From contig NC_042997.1 of assembly GCF_006345805.1 (NCBI RefSeq), positions 13,702,001-13,766,000 of the forward strand: a DNA stretch of 64,000 bases. Direction: 5' to 3'. Made by a program: the position numbers and the translations under genes. The DNA comes from Octopus sinensis. Lineage: Eukaryota. Shown here piece after piece: positions 1-12,959 of this stretch (its first letter is position 1; the number at the start of each line of letters is the position of its first letter). The notes beneath the pieces are model-generated. The model was given only the letters and a program-made list of their open reading frames with translations. It made no database searches and was not told the origin of the DNA.

Positions 1-1555
1 TCTAATTTCACTTCATAAGTTGTAACTGAATTGTAAGTATGTATTTGATTTATCCTTATGTAATGTTATTTTTGATTTCTGGTTAATTACGATGTATTTA
101 TGTTGTTTTCATAAGAGTGTTTATGTATATGAGATGGTTGGAGTTTTTAATTGTATAATTAATTTATTTATCTGTATGAGGTGGGTGTAAATATTGTTGT
201 ATATATCGAGTTTTAGTGGTATGTATATGGTATATGTGAGGAGCAATGTATCTTGTGTGTGTGTGTTTTGCGTGTGTGTGTGTGTGTGTGAATGTGTATT
301 TGGGTTGTTATTTAGGATTTGGGGATGCTGTGTTAATTTGTCTGTGTGGGAGGGAGTGGTTTTTGGTGTATATTGAGGTTTATAGTTAGTATAGGTTTGT
401 GTATAAGTCTTGGGTCTGTGGTTTACGTGTGGGTTTTTTTTGTGTGAATGTTGCGGTTAGGGGGATTGCTATATAAGTTTGTTATAGGTTTAGCAAAGGG
501 AGATTTTATCGTTATATGCTTTTATGAGTTTTGGCTTATCATGGTTTTTTTTAGGTATTCGTGGTATTTTGTCTATTTTAGGTGTTGGTTATTTTTTACA
601 TTGTTTCATTCATAATTTTTGAGTGGTGTTTTTTTGCCACGTGAATAACCGGGTGGTGGACTAGCGTTGCTTGGAATGTGAATGGATAGTGTAGTAGTGA
701 GGTAGGCATAGAGAATGGGATTGGGTTACTGCAAGTTGTTTGTTAGAGATGCTAGGTGAGTTAAAGCTCATAAATGTATATAATGTTTTTTGTGGTGTGT
801 AAGTATTGTTGTATATGTCGAGTTTAGTGAGTATGTTATAGGCGTATTGTGAGGGGGGAGTATATGTATCTTTTGTGTGTGAGTGTTTGCGTGCGTGTGA
901 GTGTGGGTTTTGTGTGTGAATGTGTATATGGGTTTGTTATTTAGGTTTTGGGATGTATGTGTTAATTTGTCTGTGTGGGGGGGGGAGGGGTTTGGTGTGT
1001 ATATTGAGGTTTATAAGTTAGTATAGGTATGTGTATAAGTCGTGAGTCTGTGTGTTTACGTGTGTGTATTTGTGTGTGAATGTTTAGGTTAGGGGTGTTA
1101 CTTTATAGGTTTGTTATAGAGTTTAGCAAAGGGAGATTTTATCGTTATATGTTTTTAAGAGTTTTGTTTTATCAGGGTTTTTTAGGGAATTCGTGGTAAT
1201 TAGTCTATATTTTCGATATGGATTATATATAGGTTATATATGGATTATATACTTATATTTTTTTTCATTTATACTTTAATTATTTATAAGTATTATTTTT
1301 ATATTTTAAAAAATTTGATTTTTTAGATTGGAAGTCCACCTGAAGATTGTCGATCAAGACAAGACGATTGTAGTGGCGGTTTTTTTGACTATTTATTAAT
1401 TTTATGTATTGATTAAGTCTTTCCTTGTTTGTTTTGCAAATAGTGGTTTTGTCTCAAATAATATTTTTATAATATTTTACTATAAAATTGGATTTAATTC
1501 CTAATCTTTTTTTTTTTTCCCTGTAAATTTGGATATATTCCCTAATATTTATTAT
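1..1555 (+). mobile_element. ORF-less PLE-derived element (GT-rich internally repeated body plus pseudo-LTR with degenerate hammerhead); runs off the window start
   Basis: Homologous to the reverse complement of 40089-41720. Internal units about 620 bp apart (approx. 195-575 vs 810-1200). HHR remnant at 1336-1376. Ends at a (TA)n tract. Confidence 0.75.
1336..1376 (+). ncRNA. Degenerate type I hammerhead ribozyme
   Basis: ccac CTGAAGA ttgtc gatcaa gacaa GA cgattg TA gtgg. Same family as 42009-42051, but GAAA is reduced to GA and loop III is mutated. Confidence 0.7.
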
Positions 1556-1609
1556 ATATATATATATATATGTATATATATAGATAATATATATGTATGT
1601 ATATACATA

Positions 1610-1770
1610 TATACACGACAGGCTTCTTTCAATTTCCGTCAACCAAATCCACTCACAAGGCATTGGTCGGCCTGGGGCTATAGCAGAAGACATTTGCCCA
1701 AGATACCACGCAGTGGGACAGAACCCGGAACCATGTGGTTGGTTAGCAAGCTACTTACCACACAGCCAAT
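1610..1770 (-). mobile_element. SINE family B, 5' half (tRNA-like head)
   Basis: Matches the heads of the full copies at 59628-60023 and 58030-58495; B-box-like GGGTTCTGTCCC on the minus strand. Confidence 0.8.
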
Positions 1771-2989
1771 CCAAACATGAAAACACAAAGAGAAAATACT
1801 GGCGGTACCACTACATGACCACAGCCTTTACACACACACGAGTGTGTGTTTGTGTGTGTGTGTTCGTGTGTGAGTGCTCGTGTGTGTGTGTCTGTATTTT
1901 CGTGGGCGTGTGTGTGTGTGTGAGTGTGTGTGTAACTACGTGTTTTTATAGACTAGACACGGAAACCATTCTTCTATTAGAAAACCAGAAGCCAGATAAA
2001 AGTTAAATGTCATATGACATCTTAGCATTAATTGTCTTTTCTACTAAGACTTCGTTACTACATAATAGATAATTACTCATGAATGTCCTTACAAAATGTA
2101 CGCAAAATATATTGAAACTTTTTGATAACGTATAAGACACATGGAAGTAAATGACAGCACACAGTTATGAATAGGGAAGGAACATTTAAGCATATGAAAG
2201 CTACTTTAGATTATCTTAGATCAAGATATATGTATCATATAATTTCCTTTGAAATGTTATACTCGTTTAAGGGCAAGCTTTGTACTTTACAGTGTCGCAG
2301 TTTCGCCACGTTTCTTATAAGATATGAATAAGCAGGAATATATGAATTATAATATACACATGAAGAACATAAGATGTTCTAAAATATAAAGATGCAGGAC
2401 TTATTATGTGCTATGTAAACGCAAATGTATGTGTATTCGTATATGTACTCATCGACACACATACGTATGGCTAGACACACACACACACATTTTACTGTCT
2501 ATAAATACATTTACAAGGTGGAATCACGGTCAGTGTCAGTAGGATGGGCTGGGTTGCGATTGTATGGAGCTGCGCGTATGTTGAGCGTTCGTATGACTAG
2601 AGTTGTAATTATGTGAATTTTGATAGTAAAGAGAAAGCTTTTGCTTATTAGAGGCTGCTACAATAGATTCGAAGTTGAGTGGGGCAGAATAAGATAGTTT
2701 TAATGTGGATCTATTAAAGATAGAATGATATTTATATTGCCGAAGGAAGTTAGAGTATAGTATTTTAAAGGAAGATTTAGCTAAGTTCTTAATGTTAAGT
2801 GAGAATGGGAGCGTGTACGTATGTACATATACATTTGAGTGTACGTATGTACATATACACATGAGTACGTATGCGCATATACATATGAGCACGTGTTGCA
2901 TGTGTAGGTGTTGATATGTATAAATATCTATATAAATGTTTAATATATGCATGTGTATATATCTTCATATATATATTCTTCTACTACTA

Positions 2990-3722
2990 AGTACTGACCT
3001 GTCCTTTAACCAACCTAAACTTTATTCCCAAATTCTTCATTTTACTACCATTACCCCTCTCTCCGCCCTTTACTTAGGCTCTATCACTACATACCTGACA
3101 CTCCTTTAATCTTTACACTCTCATACCTTTCTCTCTCTATCACCCATTACCCCCCCCCCATTCCTTCTATCTGACGCTACTTTATTCTTTACCCTATCAT
3201 CTTTTTATACGCTCATATCTTTCTCCCTCTATCACCCTCACCTCCCCATTCCTTCTATGAATTTATCTTGACTGACCCCTAACCAGTACACTTTCCCTCT
3301 CTTCATCTCTTTATTATCTCTCCCCCCCACTTTTATTTTTCTTTTATTCTTTGTTCCTTTCTTCCTGTTTTCGATTTGACCTTACAAATACATTCCCAAC
3401 TTTTATGCCATTTTAAATAAAAACCCTCGATCCAATAACACCGTGTACAAACTCTATACTTGGAATAACCAATTCTAAATACTATTGGAACTTACTCACA
3501 AGGTACTGGAATCTTATATGTATAAGATCTGAATGTCTCACGTCTATTTTCATTCCTCACTCTCTATTTCCTATCTTATCTAAAATAACAAAAATAATTA
3601 TTGTTTAACCATTTTCTCACGCTGTCTCCGATGAAGGGATATATAAAATATCCCGGAAACAGCTGTAAGACGTATATATAAATGTTCTAAAATCTTTCAT
3701 AGCTATGGATTTATTATCTCAT
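2990..3722 (+). mobile_element. PLE 3' UTR / pseudo-LTR fragment
   Basis: About 600 bp pyrimidine-rich tract resembling the sense-strand 3' UTR of the PLE at 45150-48170. It is followed by an HHR and ends at (TA)n/(TG)n. Confidence 0.6.
3624..3671 (+). ncRNA. Type I hammerhead ribozyme, CCGAUGA core variant
   Basis: gtct CCGATGA a gggatat ataaa atatccc g GAAA C agct G TA agac. 4-bp stem I, 7-bp stem II, palindromic CAGCTG stem/loop III, GUA site (cut after 3667). Confidence 0.8.
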
Positions 3723-3759
<37 letters not shown>

Positions 3760-3791
3760 ATACATATATATATACATATATATATACATAT

Positions 3792-3869
<78 letters not shown>

Positions 3870-3871
<2 letters not shown>

Positions 3872-4022
3872 CATTCTTTTATTCTTTTACTCTTTTAAGT
3901 CATTTGACTGCGGCCATGCTCAAGCTTTTCGTCGTTCAGATCGAACCAAGGACTTATTGTTTGTAAGCCTAGTATTTATTCTATCAGTCTCTTTTGTAAA
4001 ACAGCTAAGTTACGGGGACGAA
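3870..4022 (-). mobile_element. SINE family B, 3' half
   Basis: Reverse complement contains ...agcatggccgcagtcaaatgact... tail. Confidence 0.8.
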
Positions 4023-4074
4023 AATACATGTTTTCGGTACGTATTAAAGCAACATAATTATGCATTCTTTAGTG

Positions 4075-4144
4075 ATCCCACTGATGAGCTACGTACGCCA
4101 AATTAATTTATTTGAGCATTAATAGCGAAACTCGTGTATGGGAT
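4075..4144 (+). ncRNA. Type I hammerhead ribozyme with canonical core
   Basis: atccca CTGATGA gcta [31 nt] tagc GAAA C tcgt G TA tgggat. Perfect 6-bp stem I, G-C-closed stem II, GUA site (cut after 4138). Confidence 0.85.
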
Positions 4145-4278
4145 TAACTAATTTTCTATTTTGTTCACTCTAGTGTTTGGGTTTAACTGTCCTTTCTAGC
4201 TTGCAAGAAGTCCTGTCAAAGGTCTTATCTCAGTGTATAAATCGTTATACACTCTCATATATATATAAATATATACAT

Positions 4279-4334
<56 letters not shown>

Positions 4335-5220
4335 TCTTCCTATATACAGACACTGTGTATAGCGTATCCGAGTGTATGTGAATGCGCGTGTCCATTTACT
4401 TATATGCTTGGTTATTTATATGTATACACATTCGAAACTACTTGTAAATATTCAAAATACCTATCTTTATTGAAAGCAAGAAGATAGAGCTGATAAGAAA
4501 ATGTCAATTGGTGTTCGTAAAGGCATCCATAGAGAAAAATTTAAGATATCTATAATTGATATATGTTAAAGTTAAAAAAGGTGTATATTGTAGCTCTATA
4601 TAATACAAATATCAGTTTAAGTTCGTCTTTTTTCTTACGAATTTTCATATCATATTTCAATTTATTTTATTTGTGCTTTTGTAGTTGTTGCATTTATTTT
4701 TGTAAGGTCTAGTCTTTTTTCTAACTTTCCTTTATGTCATGATATATCCATATATGTATTGATATTAGGGTGTTGTATTTTGCTTTATTCATTTAATTCC
4801 TGTCAACTTCTCTAAGCTCGTAACATTTTCCTAGGTGGTATCATGAAAAATATCAAAGTGATTTTTGCTTGCAAATGTTGCGTTCGTACAACGTGCGCAC
4901 ACAAGCATATTGTTAGGCATGCATTCATGAATACATACTAGTGTGTATATACTTCTGCTATGTCTCTGTGTCTGTATTTAAGTGAATTTATTGAAATACT
5001 TAATCATGTATAAAACATAACAATAAAATATATATAGAAACGTGGCATGCATATGTCATTTTATCTCTCCCTTTCATTTCCCTTTCTGTTTCTTTGATAT
5101 ATAAACACATACGCACATCACTCATACACACACACACATGCACACGCACACAGAAATATATATATTCTCGCACGCACTCTCTCTCTCTACATTTTATAAT
5201 ATATATTCACACATATATAC

Positions 5221-5289
<69 letters not shown>

Positions 5290-5328
5290 TATATATATAT
5301 ATATTATATATATATATATGTATGTATG

Positions 5329-5362
<34 letters not shown>

Positions 5363-6029
5363 TGTATGTATGTATGTATGTATGTATGTATGCATGCATT
5401 ATATATCAGTGTATATGTGCGTGTTTGCATGCCTGTGTGTGTGTGTGAGAGAGAGAGAGAAAGAAAGAAAGAATGAAAGAGCTAGCGCTTACGTAAAGAC
5501 ATTTAGGTGTTGGCTAGGTAAAGAAATTTCTGTTGTTCTTGAGTGAAAAATTTCCAGTCCTTATACAATTGTGTATTACATCAGTAACTATTCATCAAAT
5601 CAGATATTTAAAACTTTGGCTATATATATGTGACTTAGAATATGAAAATAAGTTAATTAAATTATTTATTCTCTTTCCAATTTTACAATATAAATGTTAA
5701 CATCATATATTTTCTTTGGATGTTTATCACCATCTTTCATTTAAGTATCCTTCTTCCTAGTAATTTTTCTTTTCTTTTTTTTTCGACAAATGCATATCTA
5801 CGTTTCTCTGCGTTCTCATGAAGTTTGAAAATAATTTCAGATGGTAACTTTTGTGGATCTGAAAGAGTAGAAGTATATCTATGAAACTAGTTCGTTTCGC
5901 AAGCTACGCACGTCTCTAATTTTGACCCCACTGTAACGTCAAAAATGTTGTTTTCTTTTTTTTTCTATTGGACCTTTCGGTTGATACGATTCCAGAAGAG
6001 TATGTTTATATGTGTGTATTAGAAAATAT

Positions 6030-6581
6030 ATGAAATATTATCCTAAAAGGACCGGCTATCATTACTGCAATCTATCTGCGTATCTTACTGGCGTATACAT
6101 TTTAAACACGGAAAGTAAAGTAGATTTCGGAGTGACTGGGTGCTAGAAAATAGAACAGGTACATAAAATTAACACATTCTCATTTTTTCGTATCAATATA
6201 TATCAATACACTAAGATCAGAAGGCAAACACTACCTGCATATCAACATTACATATGAAGGTATGAATGTTGACAGCCCCTTGTGGATAGTAAAGAAATAG
6301 GTATGAATGTAGACAGACAGATAGATAGATGGATAGGTGTTTTGTTTCGGTATGACGATGCGAAAAACTTAGCATTGGCTGAGTAGAGTGTGCAATATGA
6401 AATTAAATAAATGACAAAGGAACTGGATATTATGCAATCAACTTCATGCGCTTACAGCTGTAAGAGAATAGAGTCCATTGCATGATTTCCTGTTCCTTAG
6501 ATATTTAACTTAATTTCATAGTGTGTGTGCGTGTGTTTGTGTGTGTGTGTGTTTGTGTGTGTGTTTGTGTGTGTGTGTGTT

Positions 6582-6618
<37 letters not shown>

Positions 6619-8245
6619 TTGTGCATGCGTTTGTGTGTGAGTGTGCGTGTGTATGGATGGATGGATGATATATACATCTATATATATATTTCTTTACTAC
6701 CCACAAGGGGTTAAACACAGGGGGGATAAACAAGGACAGACAAACGGATTAAGTCGATTACATCGACCCCCAGTGCGTAACTGGTACTTAATTTATCGAC
6801 CCCGAAAGGATGAAAGGCAAAGTCGACCTCGGCGGAATTTGAACTCAGAACGTAACGGCAGACGAAATACGGCTACGCATTTCGCCCGGCGTGCTAACGT
6901 TTCTGCCAGCTCGCCGCCTATATACATCTATATAACTTTTTACACACACACACATACACACGATTTTTGTAACAAATGTGGACATAACTTTTTAGTAACT
7001 GATATAGGGCGTTCAAAATAAACATGAACGTAGAGTAACTCTTTCTGTATGGTAGCTCTTCTTTCTGCCATTCTCTGTTGGAATGCGATGAAATGAAGAG
7101 ACGACAATCCGTACACAAGCTCATGTTAAATGCCTTTGTGGATGATAATGTTGCCAGTCTCCTTGATAAACTGGAACGTGTCTGTACTGTGATCAAAAAC
7201 AGTACATTGAGGCACTAAAACCCGTGAAGAAGAAGAAATCGAACAAGTACTTTAAAACAATCCACATTCATTTTAGCAACGAACAGCCGCACACATCTTT
7301 AGTAACAAAATCACGCAATTAATATTTGGGTTTGTTTCACTGAACAGTTCGGATCTTGCGACCATCGATTCTCATTTTTTCAGTTCAATGAAGAACAATC
7401 TTCGGGAAACAGATTTGATGGCACAGAGGAGTAAAAGCAACTGTGAAGAAATGCGCACAACAGTGCACACCTACACGTATTCCAGTAGATTCGTGTGTTT
7501 GATTCGAAAATGGAGCCAATGCATCGTTTGATATGAAGACCATGTTGCATAGTTCCTTTGTAAGAAGAAAGAGTTTCTCTTCTAGCACCTGAAATGTGGA
7601 AGTTCTACGTCAGTTAATAATAAAACGTAAGCCAGCTTTAGTATTATTTTCGGGCAAAGGAGGGATATAAATACATACATACATATTTACATTCATACAC
7701 GCATAGAAATACACTCATATATATCCACATGCATACGTATATTTGTGTATTTGCGCATACGTAAACACGTGTACATTACTTTAAGATCAAGGCAGGTAAA
7801 AATTGAGTAGGGGTTTGTTATGTTTATTCTTTACACGTGAAATGTTTGTTGCTTAACGCCAAGGTCAGACAACAGTGGCATTCCACCCATGACCATCCCA
7901 TTATTTTATGGTATGTATCACTGCATTACCGAATTTGTTTCTTATATAAGGTTTGTTTACTGTTCCTAACTGATCCTAACTGACCATACGCCACTGTAAA
8001 AAGTCCTGTTGTAAAGTAAATATGTAATCTTGATATGCAGGTAGTGTTTGCCTTCTGATCTTAGTGTATTGATATATATTGATACGAAAAAATGAGAATG
8101 TGTTTATTTTATGTACCTGTTCTATTTTCTAGCACCCAGTCACTCCGAAATCTACTTTACTTTCCGTGTTCAAAATGTATACGCCAGTAAGATACGCAGA
8201 TAGATTGCAGTAATGATAGCCGGTCCTTTTAGGATAATATTTCAT
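6030..8245. repeat. 226-bp near-perfect inverted repeat (6030-6255 / 8020-8245) enclosing about 1.76 kb
   Basis: Arms differ at about 3 positions by manual comparison; no TSD found. Confidence 0.9.
6685..6918 (-). mobile_element. SINE family A, full-length young copy
   Basis: tRNA-like A/B boxes (GAGTTCAAATTCC). 16-bp TSD tatatacatctatata at 6669-6684 and 6919-6934. Confidence 0.92.
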
Positions 8246-8869
8246 TCTTTCTATCAATAGTAAGTCTTACGTTGTTGATGATTTTGATTTTGTTGTTGTT
8301 AAAAGTAAAACCTACAGGCAAAATTGATCCAGCCTCCATTACCTAATTACAACATTATCCAATATGCCTTCCTGTTTTGAAGAACACATAGTGTGATGCG
8401 ATTTGGCTGCTTTTCACTATATGTTGAGTGATTTTTTTAGAGGTTCTCTCGTTAGCTTACAAATCCAATTCGTCATACTTGACTCAGACATTCATGCACT
8501 ATTATTCTATTGTTCTAATTTCGAATTGTACTGATGTGTTGTCTCATTAATTCAGATACATTTCAACTGCAATATACTCTCTTCACTTTCTTTGTAAATT
8601 ATTTAAAGAGGGAGCTTGAGAGTTCTTCATTTCTTCAGCTTAACTTCATTTAATCTAGATTCCTCCAGAATCAAGGGAAAATATCCACCAGGTTCTTTTT
8701 TCGTTTCTACGTGTCGACTTGGGTGCAATGTTTATTTGATTTTTTTCGTTAGATAATCTTTATCTAGACCCAAAGCATCATAAATGGGGTACTGGTATGT
8801 GGATAGTTCCTCTACTAAGAATAGCAGCCCATTCTCTCGCAAAACATGCATTTAGGTGCAGGCGTGGGT

Positions 8870-9017
8870 GTGTAGTAAGAAGTTTGCTCCCCAACCACAT
8901 AGTTCGGGGTTCAGTCCTACTGCGTGACACCTTGGGTAAGTGCCTTCTGCTATATCCTCGGACCGACCAAAGCCCTGTGAGTGGATTTGGTAGACATAAA
9001 GTAAGAGAAGCATGTTG

Positions 9018-9054
<37 letters not shown>

Positions 9055-9057
9055 ATG

Positions 9058-9090
<33 letters not shown>

Positions 9091-9107
9091 CTTTATAGGT
9101 ATGTATG

Positions 9108-9180
<73 letters not shown>

Positions 9181-9285
9181 TATATATATGTGTGTGTGTG
9201 TATGTATATATATATACAAAATTCTTCAAGGTGGTACCCCAGCATGGTCGCAGCCTAATAATAGAAACAAGCAAAATGATTGAAA
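8870..9285 (+). mobile_element. SINE family B with its middle replaced by microsatellite
   Basis: Head at 8870-9015, (TA)/(TG) tract, tail remnant at 9225-9285. Confidence 0.7.
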
Positions 9286-9792
9286 TATATCATCTAAACG
9301 GTTAGAAGCGTTATATTTATTCATGTCAATATACACTTATATACATTATACATTTATTAGATATGAGACACCATGTTGGTTCAATCGGGTTAGGTATGGT
9401 GCAAAACAGCAGCAATCATTATTGTTTAGAATATTTTACTGTGTTCATTTCCTGGACTACACCTATCCTCTGGGAATGCGTTGAATGGTTTAGTTGAACA
9501 AATCGACCTCAGTTCTTATATCTTGAATTTGTAATTATTCTATTGTTCTTATGCCGAACCACTAACATACGCGGACGTAAACGCACTAACACTGGTTGTC
9601 AATCAGTAGTAGGGGACAAACACAAAGCCACACACACACATATATATATATAAGGAAAGCAGAAAATGAAGATATAATTGATGAATAACAATAGATTTAC
9701 ACCAATTATCATTTATCAATTAAGTACAAAAGAAAAAAAAAACAGAATCTCAATCTACCGGTGGATTCCTAGGAAACAAGTATTCCTTAGAC

Positions 9793-10454
9793 TAGAGATG
9801 GGGAAATTTTTCAGTGCGGCGGGCAAAAATTTTCTAAGAAAAATGTCCGCGGGCGGATCACAAGTTCTATCTCTTAAATCTCTTTACATCAACTATCATT
9901 TATCAATTAATTTCAAGAAGAGATAATCTCAACTTACCGGTGGATTCCTTGGAAATAAGTATCCCATAGACCAGGGGTGAGGAAACTTTTCAGTGCGGTG
10001 GGCAAAAGTTTTCTAAGAAAAGGGTTCGCTGACGGGTCTCTGTAAACCTCGTATATATCTTATATAATTCGATATACATTAATAAAGATAAGTTTAACAC
10101 ATTAAATTAACGCGTAACATCTTCATTAACTCTGCCACTGAATTTAGAATATTTATATTACCTATGAGGTATTCTATGCTTTTCAGCTAGTGTAGTTGTG
10201 TCTCAAGGGGTGGCAAAATCTAGCAATATGCGTTTCATAATGAAAACAAAATTTCTATTCAAATGGTTATTATCGGACGATTTCTGTTCGAGTCTGAGCT
10301 TTTTAAGCAGTTGTGGAAACGCGATCTATGTCGCAAATAGGCATACGAATATTGGGTAAATTATATGATTGAAAGATTTACTATATTTTGTACATGTGAG
10401 TATATCAGCCTGCGGGCAAAATAAAAAGGGCTCGCAGAGGTTTCCCCATCCCTG
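9793..10454. mobile_element. hAT-type non-autonomous element (MITE) with a duplicated left end
   Basis: TIR CAGGGGTGAGGAAAC (9972) vs GTTTCCCCATCCCTG (ends 10454). A second, degraded left end lies at 9793. Imperfect 8-bp flanks ccttagac/ccatagac/acttagac. Confidence 0.65.
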
Positions 10455-10489
10455 ACTTAGACGGTTGTTATAACCTCTAACTTAACTCA

Positions 10490-10811
<322 letters not shown>

Positions 10812-10834
10812 GTGTATATATATATATATATAAC

Positions 10835-10879
<45 letters not shown>

Positions 10880-10889
10880 GTATATATAT

Positions 10890-10982
<93 letters not shown>

Positions 10983-11009
10983 TATATATAATTTTAAAGA
11001 GATTTGTTG

Positions 11010-11560
11010 TGTAATGCCGGAACAATGCGAGAAGGTACAAATTAAACTATAAAAGGAAAAGAAAGCAAAATAAATTTGCTTAAACTTCGGTTTATGACTC
11101 CTTCTTAAGGATATTTGGGAAAAGCGATAGTTCGAAAATTCGTTGCTCAGATGAGTGGGGGAGGAAGGAGGAGTGTGACATGCGCAGACTGATGTTGCTA
11201 TAGCAACCAGTCTGCATTGTGTAGTTCCTTCCTGTTGTGAGTGGCTGGCCTCTATTTTTAAAGAGGACCTCCATGATTCTGAGATCGCCCCTGTTGCGTA
11301 GGGTTGCTCTGGTGAAACCTTTAAAATTCTAGGTTTAGCATTTCTTTAGGAGATTCATTATTGAAATGACCGTGCGCATGTGTTCTTTTATACGGTTGTG
11401 CAATTTTCTGCTGGTGCCCTCTATGTAGTATGCCCAACATTTACTGCAGACTATTTCATATACCACATAGGCCCTAGAACACGTTTTAATGTTGTTGATA
11501 GGACAGCTGGTTAGTGTGCACCCAACAATGCTAGACTCAACATACAGATGGTGCGCACCG
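11010..11560 (-). mobile_element. PLE 3' fragment with GIY-YIG endonuclease remnant
   Basis: Minus-strand translation CTLTSCPINNIKTCSRAYVVYEIVCSKCWAYYIEGTSRKLHNRIKEH (approx. 11530-11390). Not in the ORF track. Confidence 0.8.
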
Positions 11561-12959
11561 GTCCTTCCCTGAGTAAATTTCTGTCGAGGAAAAATACCAC
11601 AGCTAACATTTTGCCCGGCATGCTAATGATTCTGCTAGCTTGCTATCTTAAGATGTGTGTGTTGTGTGTGTAATAAACGCACACACACATACACACACGT
11701 ACATATACATTTATTATATGTTTGTAGCCATTTTGTATAGAATGACTTATATATATATATCCAAACACCTGTGATTCAAACTTTGACAAAAGAAAAGCAT
11801 TTTGATGAAAGATGCTGTTGTTTAAATTGCCCCTTGCATTTTACAGACTACAACATAAAAGCATATAATTAAGTAGTGAAAAAGATTTTGTTTAGGCCTT
11901 TTACAGATTTGCATGTTTACTGTTGTTGCAACGTCCTGTTGATCAACAGTTCATTAATCTGTGCAATACAATAGTGTCACCCAATAAGTAATTGGTGTTA
12001 AGATTTCCCTCTCAAGCAAGACTTATGCTAAAAGTACACGACCATGAAATATATTTTGACAAGCATATTATGTGGTGTGCTTTAAGCTACAATGTCCACT
12101 GACATTCCATCGATATTAATCGCACAGTTGTTACTGCATCAACGCATCAACTTGGAGATATGGGTTTATCTTTTACTGCATCTTTTATAACATTCTTTCT
12201 TGAAGCCATTGTCAGCATCTATAATTTGCTTAAGCATGTGATTTTCCTTTAATATTAAATTAATTATTTAATTAATTTTAAAATTTCAACATAATTTACC
12301 TTAGTTGATGAGTGTATTTTGTATACTTGATGAAAGCATGTAATGATATGATTGGCTTTTAAATAAAGTTCTGGAGCCTCACTTCAAATATATGCTTGAA
12401 GTGAGGCTCCAGCAAAGCCTTTGTCAGGAAGACTAAAGCAATCAAAAGAATTAAATACAAAAATATACAGAAAGAATTAAAGAAATATTAAAATATATTA
12501 TTTTGGCTTAGTGAGGGAATTTATTTCAGCCATCCTCTACCATAAGACCAAATGGGAAAAATATTCTCCAAATGAGTAAATGGATTGAAATGTTCTGCTT
12601 GTGTGTATCACGTATTTCCATTGCTACAGTATATACATTTCAGTAATAGACCGGATACTTTAACGAGGAAGTAAAGTAATTCCCTCACATTATAACGAGA
12701 GAACAAGGTGTCAATTTGGAAGACGCGATAGCTCGACCCGACGAGAGGCTTAGCGGCATTTCATTCGTCCTTACCTTCTGAGTTCAAATCTCGCCAAGAT
12801 CAACTTTACATTACATTCTTTCGGGGAACAATAATATAAGAAACACTTGAATACTGGGCTCGATATCACCGACTAGACCCTTCCCCTAAAATTTCAGACC
12901 TTGTGCCTATACTAGAAAGAATTATAATTAGAAAACAACTCATTTAAAAAGCGATTTTG

